Part shown: positions 20,607 through 30,452 of the stretch, one piece after another
How positions within the stretch are numbered: the stretch's first letter is position 1
Layout: the number at the start of each line of letters is the position of its first letter
Assembly: GCA_964534375.1 (NCBI GenBank)
Contig: CAZHPN010000012.1
Location: forward strand, 1-56,284
DNA from: an uncultured bacterium
GTDB taxonomy: Bacteria; Lernaellota; Lernaellaia; Lernaellales; Lernaellaceae
Length of the DNA: 56,284 nt
Direction of reading: 5' to 3'
Made by a program: the position numbers and the translations under genes
The notes under the pieces: model-generated
What the model was told of the DNA's origin: nothing
The model's input: the letters and a program-made list of their open reading frames with translations, nothing else
Databases searched by the model: none

Positions 20607-21904
20607 CCGGCGGTATCTCTCGGCTGCAATGCATCGCCTGCGGCAAGACATACGACCCGCTCGAAGTGCGTTACCGGTGCGACGACTGCGGCGATCTGCT
20701 CGAGGTCGTCCACGATCTCGCCCGGCTGCGGCGCGAATTTCCCGATTTGCGCGACCGGTTCGACGCCCGTCTGGGCGAGCCGCGCCTGCCGTACGTCTCG
20801 GGCGTCTGGCGTTATCACGAAATGATTCTGCCGGATCTGCCGGCGGCGCAAATCGTGTCCAAGCCCGAGGGCAACACGAACCTCTACCGCAGCGCCAAGC
20901 TTTCCCGCGCGTTCGGGCTCGAAAATTTGTATCTGAAGCACGAAGGCGAAAACCCGACGCTGTCGTTCAAAGACCGCGGCATGACGGCGGGCGTTTCGTG
21001 GGCGGTGCGCCTCGGCATGAAAACCGTGGCCTGCGCGTCGACCGGCGACACGTCGGCGTCGATGGCGGCCTACGCGGCGCAGGTCGAGGGCATGCAGGGC
21101 GTGGTGTTCCTGCCGCACAACAAGATCAGCCCCGAGCAACTCGCGCAGGCGATCGGTTACGGCGCGAAGACGCTGGCGCTCGAAACGGATTTCGACGGCT
21201 GCATGCGCCTGGTGCGCGAGGTGTGCGCCCGGCATCCGATTTATCTGCTCAACTCGATGAACTCGTTCCGCATCGAGGGCCAGAAGGCGATCGGGCTCGA
21301 AACGCTGCAGCAACTGCGCTGGCGCGCGCCGGATTGGTTCGTCGTGCCGGTCGGCAACGCCGGCAACATCAGCGCGCTGGGCAAGGGCCTGCGCGAGGCG
21401 CGCGAACTCGGTCTGATCGACCGCCTGCCGCGCCTCGCCGCCGTGCAGGCCGCCGCGGCCGACCCGTTTTACCGCAGTTGGCGCGGCGGCTTCCGCGAAA
21501 AAATCACGTTGACGGCCGGGCCGACGCTGGCCAGCGCCATTCGCATTGGCGCGCCGGTCAGCCACGACAAAGCGGCGCGCGTCATCCGCGAGTTCGACGG
21601 CGTGGCCGAGGAGGCGACCGAGGAGGAGTTGATGGACGCCAAGGCCGCGGCGGACCGCGGCGGCGTCGCGGTCTGCCCCAACTCGGGCGTCGCGCTGGCG
21701 GGCCTGCGCAAGCTGCGCGCCGCGAACGTCATCAAAGCGGACGACACGGTGGTCGTCATCCTGACCGCGCACGGCGTCAAATTTTCGCAGATCGGCGTCG
21801 ATTATCACACGGGCCGCCTGCCCGGCCTCGCCGCCGCGTCGCCGAATCCGCCGATCGTGCTGCCGCCGGATCTGGCGGCGATTGCGGCCGCCTTGGGCTT
21901 CTAA
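20603..21904 (+). CDS. thrC: Threonine synthase
   Basis: N-terminal CxxC..CxxC, EGNT, KHEGENPTLSFKDRG (PLP lysine), CASTGDTSAS, PVGNAGN; ATGA overlap with thrB. Confidence 0.95.
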   Translation: MTGGISRLQCIACGKTYDPLEVRYRCDDCGDLLEVVHDLARLRREFPDLRDRFDARLGEPRLPYVSGVWRYHEMILPDLPAAQIVSKPEGNTNLYRSAKLSRAFGLENLYLKHEGENPTLSFKDRGMTAGVSWAVRLGMKTVACASTGDTSASMAAYAAQVEGMQGVVFLPHNKISPEQLAQAIGYGAKTLALETDFDGCMRLVREVCARHPIYLLNSMNSFRIEGQKAIGLETLQQLRWRAPDWFVVPVGNAGNISALGKGLREARELGLIDRLPRLAAVQAAAADPFYRSWRGGFREKITLTAGPTLASAIRIGAPVSHDKAARVIREFDGVAEEATEEELMDAKAAADRGGVAVCPNSGVALAGLRKLRAANVIKADDTVVVILTAHGVKFSQIGVDYHTGRLPGLAAASPNPPIVLPPDLAAIAAALGF

Positions 21905-21913
21905 GCGGCAGCG

Positions 21914-21955
21914 GTCAGTCGTCAGTGGTCAGTGGTCAGTGGTCGGTGGTCAGTA
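21914..21955. repeat. Heptamer tandem tract (GTCAGTG)n
   Basis: Six units just after the thrC stop; reverse-complement relative at 35779-35806. Confidence 0.8.
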
Positions 21956-21971
21956 AGCGGGGCGCCAAACT

Positions 21972-23126
21972 ATGACGAATAGATTCCGCCTTGGTTCGAC
22001 AAACAGTGCATTGGCGACGCTGTTTGTCACGGCCGTATCGTGCGCCCTGGCGGCGATCGCAATGGCGGACGAATTTGCCATCTTCGCCGGCGAGGCCGAC
22101 GTGCCGTGGAAAGACGCCAATCGCGAAGCGGCGAAGGAGCGCGCGACGCGGCTGGCCCTCGCCCAGGCGCTGGAAGCCGCGCTGCCGCAGACGGCGCCGG
22201 CGGAGGAGCTCGAGGCGAAGGACGCGGAGATCAAGAAGCAAATTCTCGCCGATCCGGCCCGCTATGTGGTCAGCTTCGCGGTGCAGGCCGAGGAAACGCG
22301 CGGCGCGACACTGCACGTCGCGCTCGAGGCCCGCGTGCGGCTCGACGCGCTGCGCGAGGCCGTGCGCGGCATCCGCGTCGGCCCGAGAAAGGCCGGCAAA
22401 AAGCCGACGCTCGCGTTGATCCCGTTTCATGAACGGCCCGGCGGCTTCGCCTTCGCGCCCGAAATCGAGAGACCGCTGCGCGAACGCTTCGAGATCGCCA
22501 ACCAGCCGCTCGCGCCGGCCGCCCTCGCCGAGGAATTGCTCGGCGCGCCGTCGTTCGCCAAGGCGCGCCGCGACCGGCAGTACAACGATTTCGCACGTGG
22601 GGCGGCGGCGAAGGGGCTGCAACTGGCCGCGCTGATCGAGTTGACCGATCAGACGCCGCCCGATAAACAGGCCGACTCGTGCGACGAGACGGCGGCGGTC
22701 AAGATTCTGGATGCGCCGGCCGCGGCGATGCTCGATTCGTTCGCGTACAAATTCCCCGCCGCCGGGTCGTGCGCGCAGGTCGCCGACGCGGCGGGGCGCG
22801 AGTTGTTCGCGGCGCTCATGGATTCGCTGGCGCGCAAGGGCAAGTTGCAGGAATCCGGCGCCGCGGCGGTGACGGTCGAGATTTTGGGCGTCGCGGATTA
22901 CGACCGCTTGCAGCAGACGCAGACGCTGCTGCGCGGCCTGCCGTACGTGAAGAAGGTCGACTTGGTTTCGCTCGCCGCCGGCGGGCGCGTGCGCTTCGCA
23001 ATCGTCTTCGCCGGGCCGCCCGCGCAATTGGCCGAGGAATTGGCCGCGGCGAAGACGCCGGGCTTTGCCTTGAAACCGCAGGGCCAAACGGGCAATGTAT
23101 GGCAATACCTGCTGGAGGCGAGATGA
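21972..23126 (+). CDS. Secreted protein, FlgT-N/DUF2066-like
   Basis: Signal peptide; A.ERA...AL..ALE N-terminal pattern and a C-terminal ferredoxin-like segment; family inferred from motif recall. Confidence 0.6.
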   Translation: MTNRFRLGSTNSALATLFVTAVSCALAAIAMADEFAIFAGEADVPWKDANREAAKERATRLALAQALEAALPQTAPAEELEAKDAEIKKQILADPARYVVSFAVQAEETRGATLHVALEARVRLDALREAVRGIRVGPRKAGKKPTLALIPFHERPGGFAFAPEIERPLRERFEIANQPLAPAALAEELLGAPSFAKARRDRQYNDFARGAAAKGLQLAALIELTDQTPPDKQADSCDETAAVKILDAPAAAMLDSFAYKFPAAGSCAQVADAAGRELFAALMDSLARKGKLQESGAAAVTVEILGVADYDRLQQTQTLLRGLPYVKKVDLVSLAAGGRVRFAIVFAGPPAQLAEELAAAKTPGFALKPQGQTGNVWQYLLEAR

Positions 23127-23563
23127 AGGTTCGAATTGGGGACTGGGGATTGGGGACTGGGGATTGGGGTCGCCGGGCACGGGATTCGGGGTCCGGCATT
23201 CCGCATTCCGCGTTCCGCATTCCGCATTCCAGATCGGGACTGGTCGCGCTGGGCGTCCTGATTGTCGTTTTGCTGGCCGCCGCCTGCGCGATGCCCTTGC
23301 AGCGCCTCAACGCCGGGGCGCCGACGGTTAGCGTGCCGCTCGCCGTGAAGCCGGGCGAAGCGAAGGTCTTCCTCGACGGCGTGTACGTCGGCCACGCGGC
23401 GGATTTCACCGCGCTGAAAGACGGCCTGCCGATGACGATCGGCGCGCACGTGCTGCGGCTGGAGGCCGACGATTACCTCATGGAAACGATCGAAGTCATC
23501 ACGCAGGCCAAACCGGCGCCGGTCGAAATTCGGATGCTGCTCCGGCCGAAAGAGAAAAAGTAG
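23123..23563 (+). CDS. PEGA-domain lipoprotein with translated heptamer repeats in the signal n-region
   Basis: GGAGG RBS and ATGA overlap with the upstream stop; lipobox LAAAC; PEGA-like P.EAKVFLDG.YVG...G.H.LRLE...Y. Confidence 0.75.
   Translation: MKVRIGDWGLGTGDWGRRARDSGSGIPHSAFRIPHSRSGLVALGVLIVVLLAAACAMPLQRLNAGAPTVSVPLAVKPGEAKVFLDGVYVGHAADFTALKDGLPMTIGAHVLRLEADDYLMETIEVITQAKPAPVEIRMLLRPKEKK
23135..23231. repeat. Two heptamer tracts, (AYTGGGG)5 and (CATTCCG)5, inside a CDS
   Basis: Read directly at 23135-23169 and 23197-23231. Confidence 0.85.
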
Positions 23564-24688
23564 ATGGACGAACCGGCGCCGCATTTCCTGAAGGAAATCT
23601 GGGCGAACAAATGGGTCAAGCTCGTGACGCTGATCCTCGCCCTGGCGACGCTGTGGCGTTTCGTGTTGCGCATTCGGCACGTGCTGACGGCGCTGGCCGT
23701 GGCGTGGGTGCTGGCCTACATCTGCAAGCCGCTGGTCGACCGGCTCGAACGGCGCGGCCTGCCGCGGTCGGCCGCCATCGGCCTGCTGTCCTTTTTCTTG
23801 CTGGCGGCGCTGGTCGCCACCGACCTGATCGCCGTGCCGGTCGTGGGCCGGGAACTCGCGGCGCTCGGCGATGACCTGCCGAGCTACGCCGACGCGTTGA
23901 ACGCGATCGTGCCGCGCGTGGAAAGCGCGCTGCACATTGAACTGCCGCGCACTCACGACGAGTTGCGCGCCTTTGTCGGCGACAACCGCGAGACGATCGA
24001 CAAGATCGCCAAGGCGGTGTATTCGCCGCTGACGCATTTCCTCAAGGGCGCGGTCACGGGCGTGATGGATTTCATCACCAAACTGCTGACACTGCTGGTC
24101 GTGCCGATCGCCTGGTTCTACCTGCTGCGCGACATGGGCAAAATCAACGACGGCGTGATCGAATTGACCCCGGCGCGCTGGCGCGGGCCGTTCGTCGAAT
24201 TCATGAAGCAGGTCGACGAAATCGCCTCGAATTTCCTGCGCGGGCAGATCACGGTGGCGCTGATCCTGGCGACGTTATATTCGCTCGGCCTGTGGCTGAT
24301 TTTGCATATTCCGCTCGGCCTGCTGATCGGCGTCGTCGCGGGTTGCGCGGCGATCGTGCCGTACATGGGCCTGATCGTCGGCGTCGTGCCTGCGTTGCTG
24401 CTGGCGCTCCTCAAATATCAGGATTGGCAGCACCCGCTCGGCGTCATCGCCGTTTTCGGCGTGGCGCAGGCGCTCGAAGGCAATCTGATCACGCCCAAGG
24501 TCGTCGGCGACAAGCTCGGGTTGCACCCGGTGACCGTCATCTTCGCGCTGCTCGTCTGGGCCGAACTCGCCGGTTTTCTCGGCATGCTGATCGCCGTGCC
24601 CGCGACCGCCGTCATCCAGGTGCTGCTGACGCGCTTGGTCCGCCGCCTCAAAGCGGCCGAAGCCGGGGGCGACGCGGCGGCGCGGTAA
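23564..24688 (+). CDS. AI-2E family transporter
   Basis: LAYI.KPLVDRLE, FLRGQ, IVPYMG, QALEGNLITPKVVGDKLGLHP, GMLIAVP motifs. Confidence 0.92.
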   Translation: MDEPAPHFLKEIWANKWVKLVTLILALATLWRFVLRIRHVLTALAVAWVLAYICKPLVDRLERRGLPRSAAIGLLSFFLLAALVATDLIAVPVVGRELAALGDDLPSYADALNAIVPRVESALHIELPRTHDELRAFVGDNRETIDKIAKAVYSPLTHFLKGAVTGVMDFITKLLTLLVVPIAWFYLLRDMGKINDGVIELTPARWRGPFVEFMKQVDEIASNFLRGQITVALILATLYSLGLWLILHIPLGLLIGVVAGCAAIVPYMGLIVGVVPALLLALLKYQDWQHPLGVIAVFGVAQALEGNLITPKVVGDKLGLHPVTVIFALLVWAELAGFLGMLIAVPATAVIQVLLTRLVRRLKAAEAGGDAAAR

Positions 24689-24690
24689 CC

Positions 24691-24736
24691 CAGAAACGCG
24701 GAACGCAGAATGTTGAATGGGGAATGGCGAACGGCG
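24691..24736. repeat. Heptamer tandem tract (GNNGAAY)n
   Basis: gcggaac gcagaat gttgaat ggggaat ggcgaac; same family as the tract at 56080-56110. Confidence 0.65.
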
Positions 24737-24751
24737 ACGAAAGCAATTGTG

Positions 24752-25633
24752 ATGCCGATTCCGCGCCGCAACTGGATATTCTGTCTGGCCGCGGCGGTTG
24801 CCGTCGCGCTCGCCCTGCTCGGCTGGCGCGCTCTCAACAATCCGCATTGGTCGGCCTCGCTGGTTGCGCGTTTTGTCGACGAGCGCCAATCCGAAAAGCG
24901 TGCGCTCAGGCTCATTGACGGCGGCCAGTGGCGGCGTCTGCAAGACGGTCTCGACCTGCGCTGGCTGCGTTTCCGCCGGCAGGGGCGCTGGATTTCGACG
25001 ATCGGCCTCGCCGCGCTGCGCGTCGATCCGGCGAAATTGGCAGTACGGATGGTCGCCGTGCCGGCCGACCGCCTCGGCGCGCTCGACATGGAAGCGCTGG
25101 CGCGCTCGACCGGCGCGCTGGCCCTCGTGAACGCGAGCTATTTCGAGCCCGATCTGAAGGCCATGGGTCTGCTGATCGTCGACGGCGAGACCGTGTCGCC
25201 GCCGCGCAAGGAAGGCTCGCTGCACCACGGAGTGTTTTTCATCCGCGGCGACCAGGCGTTCTTGCAGGAGCGCACCGACGCGAATCCCGAGGGCGCGACG
25301 CAGGCGTTCCAAGCCGGGCCGTGGCTGGTGACCGACGGCGCCGCGCAACGCCATTTCCGCAACGCCGACCTGGCGACGCGGCGCTCCGCGGTCGGCCTCG
25401 ATCGCCAGGGGCGGGTCGTGCTGGCCGCCACCGAAACGCTGACCGGCGGCCTGACCCTGCCGGAGCTCGCCGATTGGCTCGGCGCGCTCGAACCGAAGGG
25501 CCTCGCGCTCTGGCGCGCGATCAATTGCGACGGCGGCGCCAGCACGCAAATGCTGCTGCGCCATCGCGCCGCCAGCTTCACCATCCGCGCGACCGTGCAT
25601 CCGCCGGTGTATGTAGGGGTGTTTGCGCGCTAG
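24752..25633 (+). CDS. Phosphodiester glycosidase (NAGPA-like) family protein
   Basis: VNASYF, GLLIVDG, QAGPWLV.DG, RRSAVG and AINCDGGAST motifs; N-terminal TM; start uncertain (24710-24752). Confidence 0.85.
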   Translation: MPIPRRNWIFCLAAAVAVALALLGWRALNNPHWSASLVARFVDERQSEKRALRLIDGGQWRRLQDGLDLRWLRFRRQGRWISTIGLAALRVDPAKLAVRMVAVPADRLGALDMEALARSTGALALVNASYFEPDLKAMGLLIVDGETVSPPRKEGSLHHGVFFIRGDQAFLQERTDANPEGATQAFQAGPWLVTDGAAQRHFRNADLATRRSAVGLDRQGRVVLAATETLTGGLTLPELADWLGALEPKGLALWRAINCDGGASTQMLLRHRAASFTIRATVHPPVYVGVFAR

Positions 25634-25863
25634 CCAATGCATCGCCCACGAACTGCCTCGCGGCAGCCCGCGGCATTTTTTCCTTTTTCCTTTTGCCTTC
25701 CGGCAGCGTTCTAGCCATACGCCGCGCCGTGGTGTAAATTCCTATCGTTATTATAGGGCAGTGTCTTGCCGGCCGGCTCGTCGCCCGCCACGCGAAGCGG
25801 GCGTGGACCGCGGCCGGCGCGAGGCGATCCGGGAACACAAACCGACCAGGAGGTGAGAGCCAA

Positions 25864-26943
25864 ATGAAACGCGCGTACAATTATTATGCGGGTCCGGCCG
25901 CGTTGCCGCTCGAAGCGATCGAGCAGGCGCAGAAGGAACTGTTGGACTTCGAGAACGCGGGCATGTCGGTGATGGAGATTTCGCATCGCTCGAAAGAATA
26001 CGAAAAGGTCCACAACGAGGCGTCGGCGCTCGTGCGCGAGCTGTTGAACGTGCCCGAAAATTACAAGACGCTGTGGCTGCAAGGCGGCGCGAGCCTGCAA
26101 TTCGCCATGGTCCCGATGAACCTGCTCGGCGGCGAGAAAAGCGCCGATTACGTGCTGACCGGCTCCTGGTCGAAGAAGGCGCTGAAAGAGGCGAAGCTGT
26201 TCGGCAAGACGCGTACCGCGGCATCGTCGGAGGACAAAGGCTTCACATACGTCCCGACGAAATTCGACTTCGACCCGAAGGCCGAGTACGTGCATGTGAC
26301 GTCCAACAACACGATTTACGGCACGCAGTGGATGACGTTCCCCGACGCCGGCGCCGTACCGCTGATCGCCGATATGTCGTCCGATTTCCTCTGGCGGCCG
26401 TTCGATGTGAAGCCGTTCGGCCTGATTTACGCCGGCGCGCAGAAGAACCTCGGCCCGGCCGGCGTGACGTTGGCGCTGATCCGCGACGACGTGCTGGCCA
26501 AGTGCAACCCGAATCTGACGACCATGCTCAAATACGGCACGCACGCCGCGGAAAATTCGCTGTACAACACGCCGCCGTGCTTTGCGATTTACATGGTCCG
26601 CAACGTCCTGCGGTGGGTGAAAAAACAGGGCGGCCTCCAGGCGATGGAAAAGCAGAACCGCGCGAAGGGCGCGCTGCTGTACGGCGCGATCGACGGCTCG
26701 GGCGGCTTCTACAAGAACCCGAACAACGCGGCCGACCGCAGTTTCATGAACGTCGTCTTCCGCTTGCCCAGCGAAGAACTCGAAGCGAAATTCGTCGCCG
26801 ACGGCAAGGCACGCGGCTTCATCGGCCTCAAAGGCCACCGCTCGGTCGGCGGCATCCGCGTGTCGATGTACAACGCCTGCCCGCTGTCGTCGATCGAAGA
26901 ATTGACCGCGTTCATGAAGGAATTCATGAAGGCGAACGGATAG
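25864..26943 (+). CDS. serC: Phosphoserine aminotransferase
   Basis: [65 protein letters not shown]. Confidence 0.97.
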   Translation: MKRAYNYYAGPAALPLEAIEQAQKELLDFENAGMSVMEISHRSKEYEKVHNEASALVRELLNVPENYKTLWLQGGASLQFAMVPMNLLGGEKSADYVLTGSWSKKALKEAKLFGKTRTAASSEDKGFTYVPTKFDFDPKAEYVHVTSNNTIYGTQWMTFPDAGAVPLIADMSSDFLWRPFDVKPFGLIYAGAQKNLGPAGVTLALIRDDVLAKCNPNLTTMLKYGTHAAENSLYNTPPCFAIYMVRNVLRWVKKQGGLQAMEKQNRAKGALLYGAIDGSGGFYKNPNNAADRSFMNVVFRLPSEELEAKFVADGKARGFIGLKGHRSVGGIRVSMYNACPLSSIEELTAFMKEFMKANG

Positions 26944-26950
26944 GCGCAGA

Positions 26951-26982
26951 GGCTGCGAGACTGAGAGGCTGAGAGGCTGGGA
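26951..26982. repeat. Octamer tandem tract (GGCTGAGA)n
   Basis: Four degenerate 8-mers after the serC stop. Confidence 0.6.
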
Positions 26983-26988
26983 GGGTGG

Positions 26989-27083
26989 TGTAAGAGCGCC
27001 CTTCTGGGCGCGATCTCGGGCGCCTGTAAGTGCGCCCTTCCGGGCGCGATTTTACGAATCGCGCCTGGAAAGGCGCTCTTACA
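26989..27083. repeat. REP-like cluster: three 26-nt palindromic units (two direct, one inverted)
   Basis: TGTAAGAGCGCCCTTCTGGGCGCGAT 26989-27014; TGTAAGTGCGCCCTTCCGGGCGCGAT 27025-27050; inverted copy 27058-27083. Confidence 0.85.
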
Positions 27084-27104
27084 ATTTAGGTAAAGGAGGG
27101 GGAC

Positions 27105-28229
27105 TTGGCGGCTCGGTTCGACCCGAAATCGTTGAAACGAATCGTGATCAAGGTCGGCAGCAGTTCGATCGTGAACCCGGCCGGCCTGGTGCGGCTCGGA
27201 TTTCTGGGCAAGCTGACGACGACCATCGCGCAGTTGCAGAAACAGGGCACGGCGACGGCGCTGGTCAGCTCGGGCGCGATTGCGCTCGGGGCGCGGCGGG
27301 TCGCGCACGGCAAGCGGCCCGAACGCGTGCAGGACAAGCAGGCCTGCGCCGCGGTCGGCCAGATGGAACTGATGACGCTCTACGAAAAGCTGTTTTCCTC
27401 TCTGCAATTGCAGACCGGCCAGGTGCTGCTGACGCGCGACGACCTGGAAGACCGCCGGCGCTATCTCAACGCGCGCGACACGCTGCTGCGTCTGCTGGGC
27501 CTCGGCGTCGTGCCGATCATCAACGAGAACGATTCCGTCTCGGTGGACGAAATCCAGTTCGGCGACAACGACTTTCTCTCGGCGCTCGTCGCCGGCCTGA
27601 TCGACGCCGATCTGCTGATTCTGTTGACGGACGTCGAGGGCCTGCACGACGGCGATCCGGCGGTCGATCCAACGGCGAAAATCGTGCCGCTCATCGACGG
27701 ACCGCTCGACGAGCTGCTCGGCCTCGCCGGCGAAAAATCGGGCGCGCTCGGCGCCGGCGGCATGCGCTCGAAGCTGTCGGCCGCGAACCTCTGCCGCCAG
27801 TATGGCATCCCCTGCCTGATCGCGCAGAGCAAGGGCAGCGTGCTCGAGCAGGCGCTGCGCGGCGAGGACGTCGGCACCTTCGCCGTGCCGCTGCCGAACA
27901 AGGTCGGCGGACGCGGGCGCTGGCTCGCCAAGGCGGCGGCCGTGCAGGGCGCGCTGACGCTCGACGCCGGCGCCACGAGCGCGCTGCGCGACGGCGGCAA
28001 GAGCCTGCTGCCGAAAGGCGTGGCGAAAATCGAAGGCTCGTTCCCGCGCGGCGCGGTCGTCGTGCTCAATGGCCCGGACGGCGGCGAAATCGGTCGCGGC
28101 GTCGTGCGCTACGGCAGCGAAGACCTGGCGCGCGTGCGCGGCCGGCGCGGCGACGAAATCGAAGGCGTGCTCGGCTTCACCTTCGGCGACGAGATCGTGC
28201 ACCGCGACGACCTGGTGCTTACCGTTTGA
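27105..28229 (+). CDS. proB: Glutamate 5-kinase with PUA domain
   Basis: [43 protein letters not shown]-terminal PUA (SLLP.GV, IVHRDDL); AAGGAGG RBS before TTG. Confidence 0.96.
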   Translation: MAARFDPKSLKRIVIKVGSSSIVNPAGLVRLGFLGKLTTTIAQLQKQGTATALVSSGAIALGARRVAHGKRPERVQDKQACAAVGQMELMTLYEKLFSSLQLQTGQVLLTRDDLEDRRRYLNARDTLLRLLGLGVVPIINENDSVSVDEIQFGDNDFLSALVAGLIDADLLILLTDVEGLHDGDPAVDPTAKIVPLIDGPLDELLGLAGEKSGALGAGGMRSKLSAANLCRQYGIPCLIAQSKGSVLEQALRGEDVGTFAVPLPNKVGGRGRWLAKAAAVQGALTLDAGATSALRDGGKSLLPKGVAKIEGSFPRGAVVVLNGPDGGEIGRGVVRYGSEDLARVRGRRGDEIEGVLGFTFGDEIVHRDDLVLTV

Positions 28230-28243
28230 AAGGGGACGCGCCG

Positions 28244-29500
28244 ATGACGAAAAAAGAAGAGATGCACGCGCTGCTGGGCGCGGCGCGCGCGGCCGCGCGG
28301 CGGCTGGCCGTGGCGTCCACCGCCGAAAAAAATGCGGCGCTGACCGCCCTGGCGGCGGGGTTGCGCGCGGACGCCGGCGAGATTTTGGCGGCCAACGCCC
28401 GCGACGTCGGCGCGGCGCGCGCGGCCGGCAAATCCGCGGCGCTCGTCGATCGGCTGACGCTCAACGCCAAACGCCTCGAAGAGATGGCCGGCGCGGTGGA
28501 AGAGGTCGTCGTCCTGCCCGACCCGATCGGCGAAATCTACGATCTTAAAATCCGCCCCAACGGCCTGCGCGTCGGCCGGATGCGCCTGCCGCTCGGCGTC
28601 GTCGGCATCATTTTCGAGTCGCGGCCCAACGTCGTCATCGACGCCGCCGCGCTGTGCCTCAAAAGCGGCAACGCCGCCGTGCTGCGGGGCGGCTCCGAGG
28701 CGGCGCACAGCAACCGCGCGCTCGGCGCGGCGCTCGGCCGGGCGCTGGCGGCGGCGGGTCTGCCGGCGACGGCGGCGCAGGTCATCGACGACCCCGACCG
28801 CGAACTGGTGCTGCACCTTGTGCAAGCGCGCGGCCTCGTCGACGTGCTGATTCCGCGCGGCGGCGAGAGTCTGATCGGCTTCGTCGCGGCGAACGCGACC
28901 GTGCCGCTGATCTACCACGCCAAGGGCGTCTGCCACGTGTACGTCGACGCCGACGCCGACCTGGCCAAGGCGCTGCCGATCGTGATGAACGCCAAGGTGC
29001 AGCGGCCCGGCGTCTGCAACGCGATGGAAACATTGCTGGTGCACCGCGACGTTGCGCCGCATTTTTTGCCGGAAGCGGCGCAAGCCTTGCGCGCGGCGGG
29101 CGTCGAGTTGCGGGGCTGCGAACGCGCGCGGGCGATCGCGCCATACATGGCCGCCGCGGATGAGTCCGATTGGTCCGCGGAATATCTCGACCTGATCCTC
29201 GCCGTGCGGGTCGTCGACGACATGGACGGCGCGATCGCGCACATCGCGCGTTACGGCTCGGACCACACCGAGGCGATCATCACGGAAAACTACACCCGCG
29301 CGGGCCGGTTTCTGCGCGAGGTGCAATCGTCGTGCGTGCTCGTCAACGCCTCGACCCGCTTCAACGACGGCGGCGAACTCGGCCTGGGCGCCGAGATCGG
29401 CATCAGTACGACCAAGCTGCACGCGTACGGCCCGATGGGTCTTGCGGAGCTGACCGCGGCGAAATTCGTCGTCTTCGGCGCGGGACAAATCCGAGGCTAA
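28244..29500 (+). CDS. proA: Gamma-glutamyl phosphate reductase
   Basis: [60 protein letters not shown]. Confidence 0.97.
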   Translation: MTKKEEMHALLGAARAAARRLAVASTAEKNAALTALAAGLRADAGEILAANARDVGAARAAGKSAALVDRLTLNAKRLEEMAGAVEEVVVLPDPIGEIYDLKIRPNGLRVGRMRLPLGVVGIIFESRPNVVIDAAALCLKSGNAAVLRGGSEAAHSNRALGAALGRALAAAGLPATAAQVIDDPDRELVLHLVQARGLVDVLIPRGGESLIGFVAANATVPLIYHAKGVCHVYVDADADLAKALPIVMNAKVQRPGVCNAMETLLVHRDVAPHFLPEAAQALRAAGVELRGCERARAIAPYMAAADESDWSAEYLDLILAVRVVDDMDGAIAHIARYGSDHTEAIITENYTRAGRFLREVQSSCVLVNASTRFNDGGELGLGAEIGISTTKLHAYGPMGLAELTAAKFVVFGAGQIRG

Positions 29501-29633
29501 GGAAAAAGTGGGTAGAGCCTCATTTTCACGGCTCAACCCGAGTCCCGTCGCGATATCGTCACGTGCGGCCCCAACTGATCGGTTTTTAGACGTTTTCCCA
29601 AAACGCGTGGGTGACTCGGGCGAGATAGGGCGG

Positions 29634-29668
29634 TTCCTTGTTCCTTGTTCATTTTTCACTCTTCACTG
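29634..29668. repeat. Heptamer tandem tract (TTCMYTN)n
   Basis: ttccttg ttccttg ttcattt ttcactc ttcactg. Confidence 0.6.
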
Positions 29669-29777
29669 CCATTCGATGACTGTTGAGATTTTGTCGCATG
29701 ACCAGTATCTTCCTCCGGCGGTGGTGATTAACGTTTGAACAGGGAAGTTGATCGGCCATTCGCCAGAGGTAACGACC

Positions 29778-30431
29778 ATGGAAAACTTGAACGAACGGGA
29801 CGAGGATGAGTACGATGGCTTTCTCGACCAGCTCGGTCGGGAAAACGAATCGCTCTACCAGAAGCTTTCCAGCGCGATTCCCGGACGGGAAATCCGCTTC
29901 TCGCGCCGCGCCGGCGAATTCCGCGGCGAGACGGCCTTCGCGATTATCCTGCTGGCCATGGGCATTCCATTTATTGCCGGGTTCCTGTATGTCTTGCCCA
30001 ACCTGACGATGAGCCGCGCGCTCGCCCCGCTGATTGCGCTCGCGTCGGTCTCCGCCACGCTATACCTCGTGCTGCTGGGTTGGCTGCTGTACCGGCGCGT
30101 CGAGGCGTGGCGATTGGACGACCTCTCGCTGCTGTTATCCACCGAAAAAGGCATGCTGTTCCTGGCGCTGATCGACCATCGCGGGCGCACGCGGGCGACG
30201 AGCTACCTCGACATGCACGACATTCGGCGCGTCTGGATGCACGAAACCCGCCGCTTCCGGCGCCGTTGGCAAATCCTGCTGGCCGACGCCGCGCTCGGCG
30301 GCGCTTCGCGGCCGTTGCCGCTGCCGGGCCTGGGTCGCACGATCGCCGGCTATCGCCACGTGGCGGATCAGACGCTGAAGTTCATCCGCGTCAATTTCCC
30401 TGCCGTGCGCGGCAACGGGCACGCGGCGTAA
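29778..30431 (+). CDS. Hypothetical membrane protein (2 TM)
   Basis: AGAGGT RBS before ATG 29778; two hydrophobic helices; GC3 bias. Confidence 0.65.
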   Translation: MENLNERDEDEYDGFLDQLGRENESLYQKLSSAIPGREIRFSRRAGEFRGETAFAIILLAMGIPFIAGFLYVLPNLTMSRALAPLIALASVSATLYLVLLGWLLYRRVEAWRLDDLSLLLSTEKGMLFLALIDHRGRTRATSYLDMHDIRRVWMHETRRFRRRWQILLADAALGGASRPLPLPGLGRTIAGYRHVADQTLKFIRVNFPAVRGNGHAA

Positions 30432-30452
30432 GCGATTCGCCGCGGGCGCGGT

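Noticed and set aside
26989..27083. CRISPR mini-array
   Set aside because: Gaps are only 7-10 nt, the third unit is inverted, and there are no cas genes; REP-like instead.
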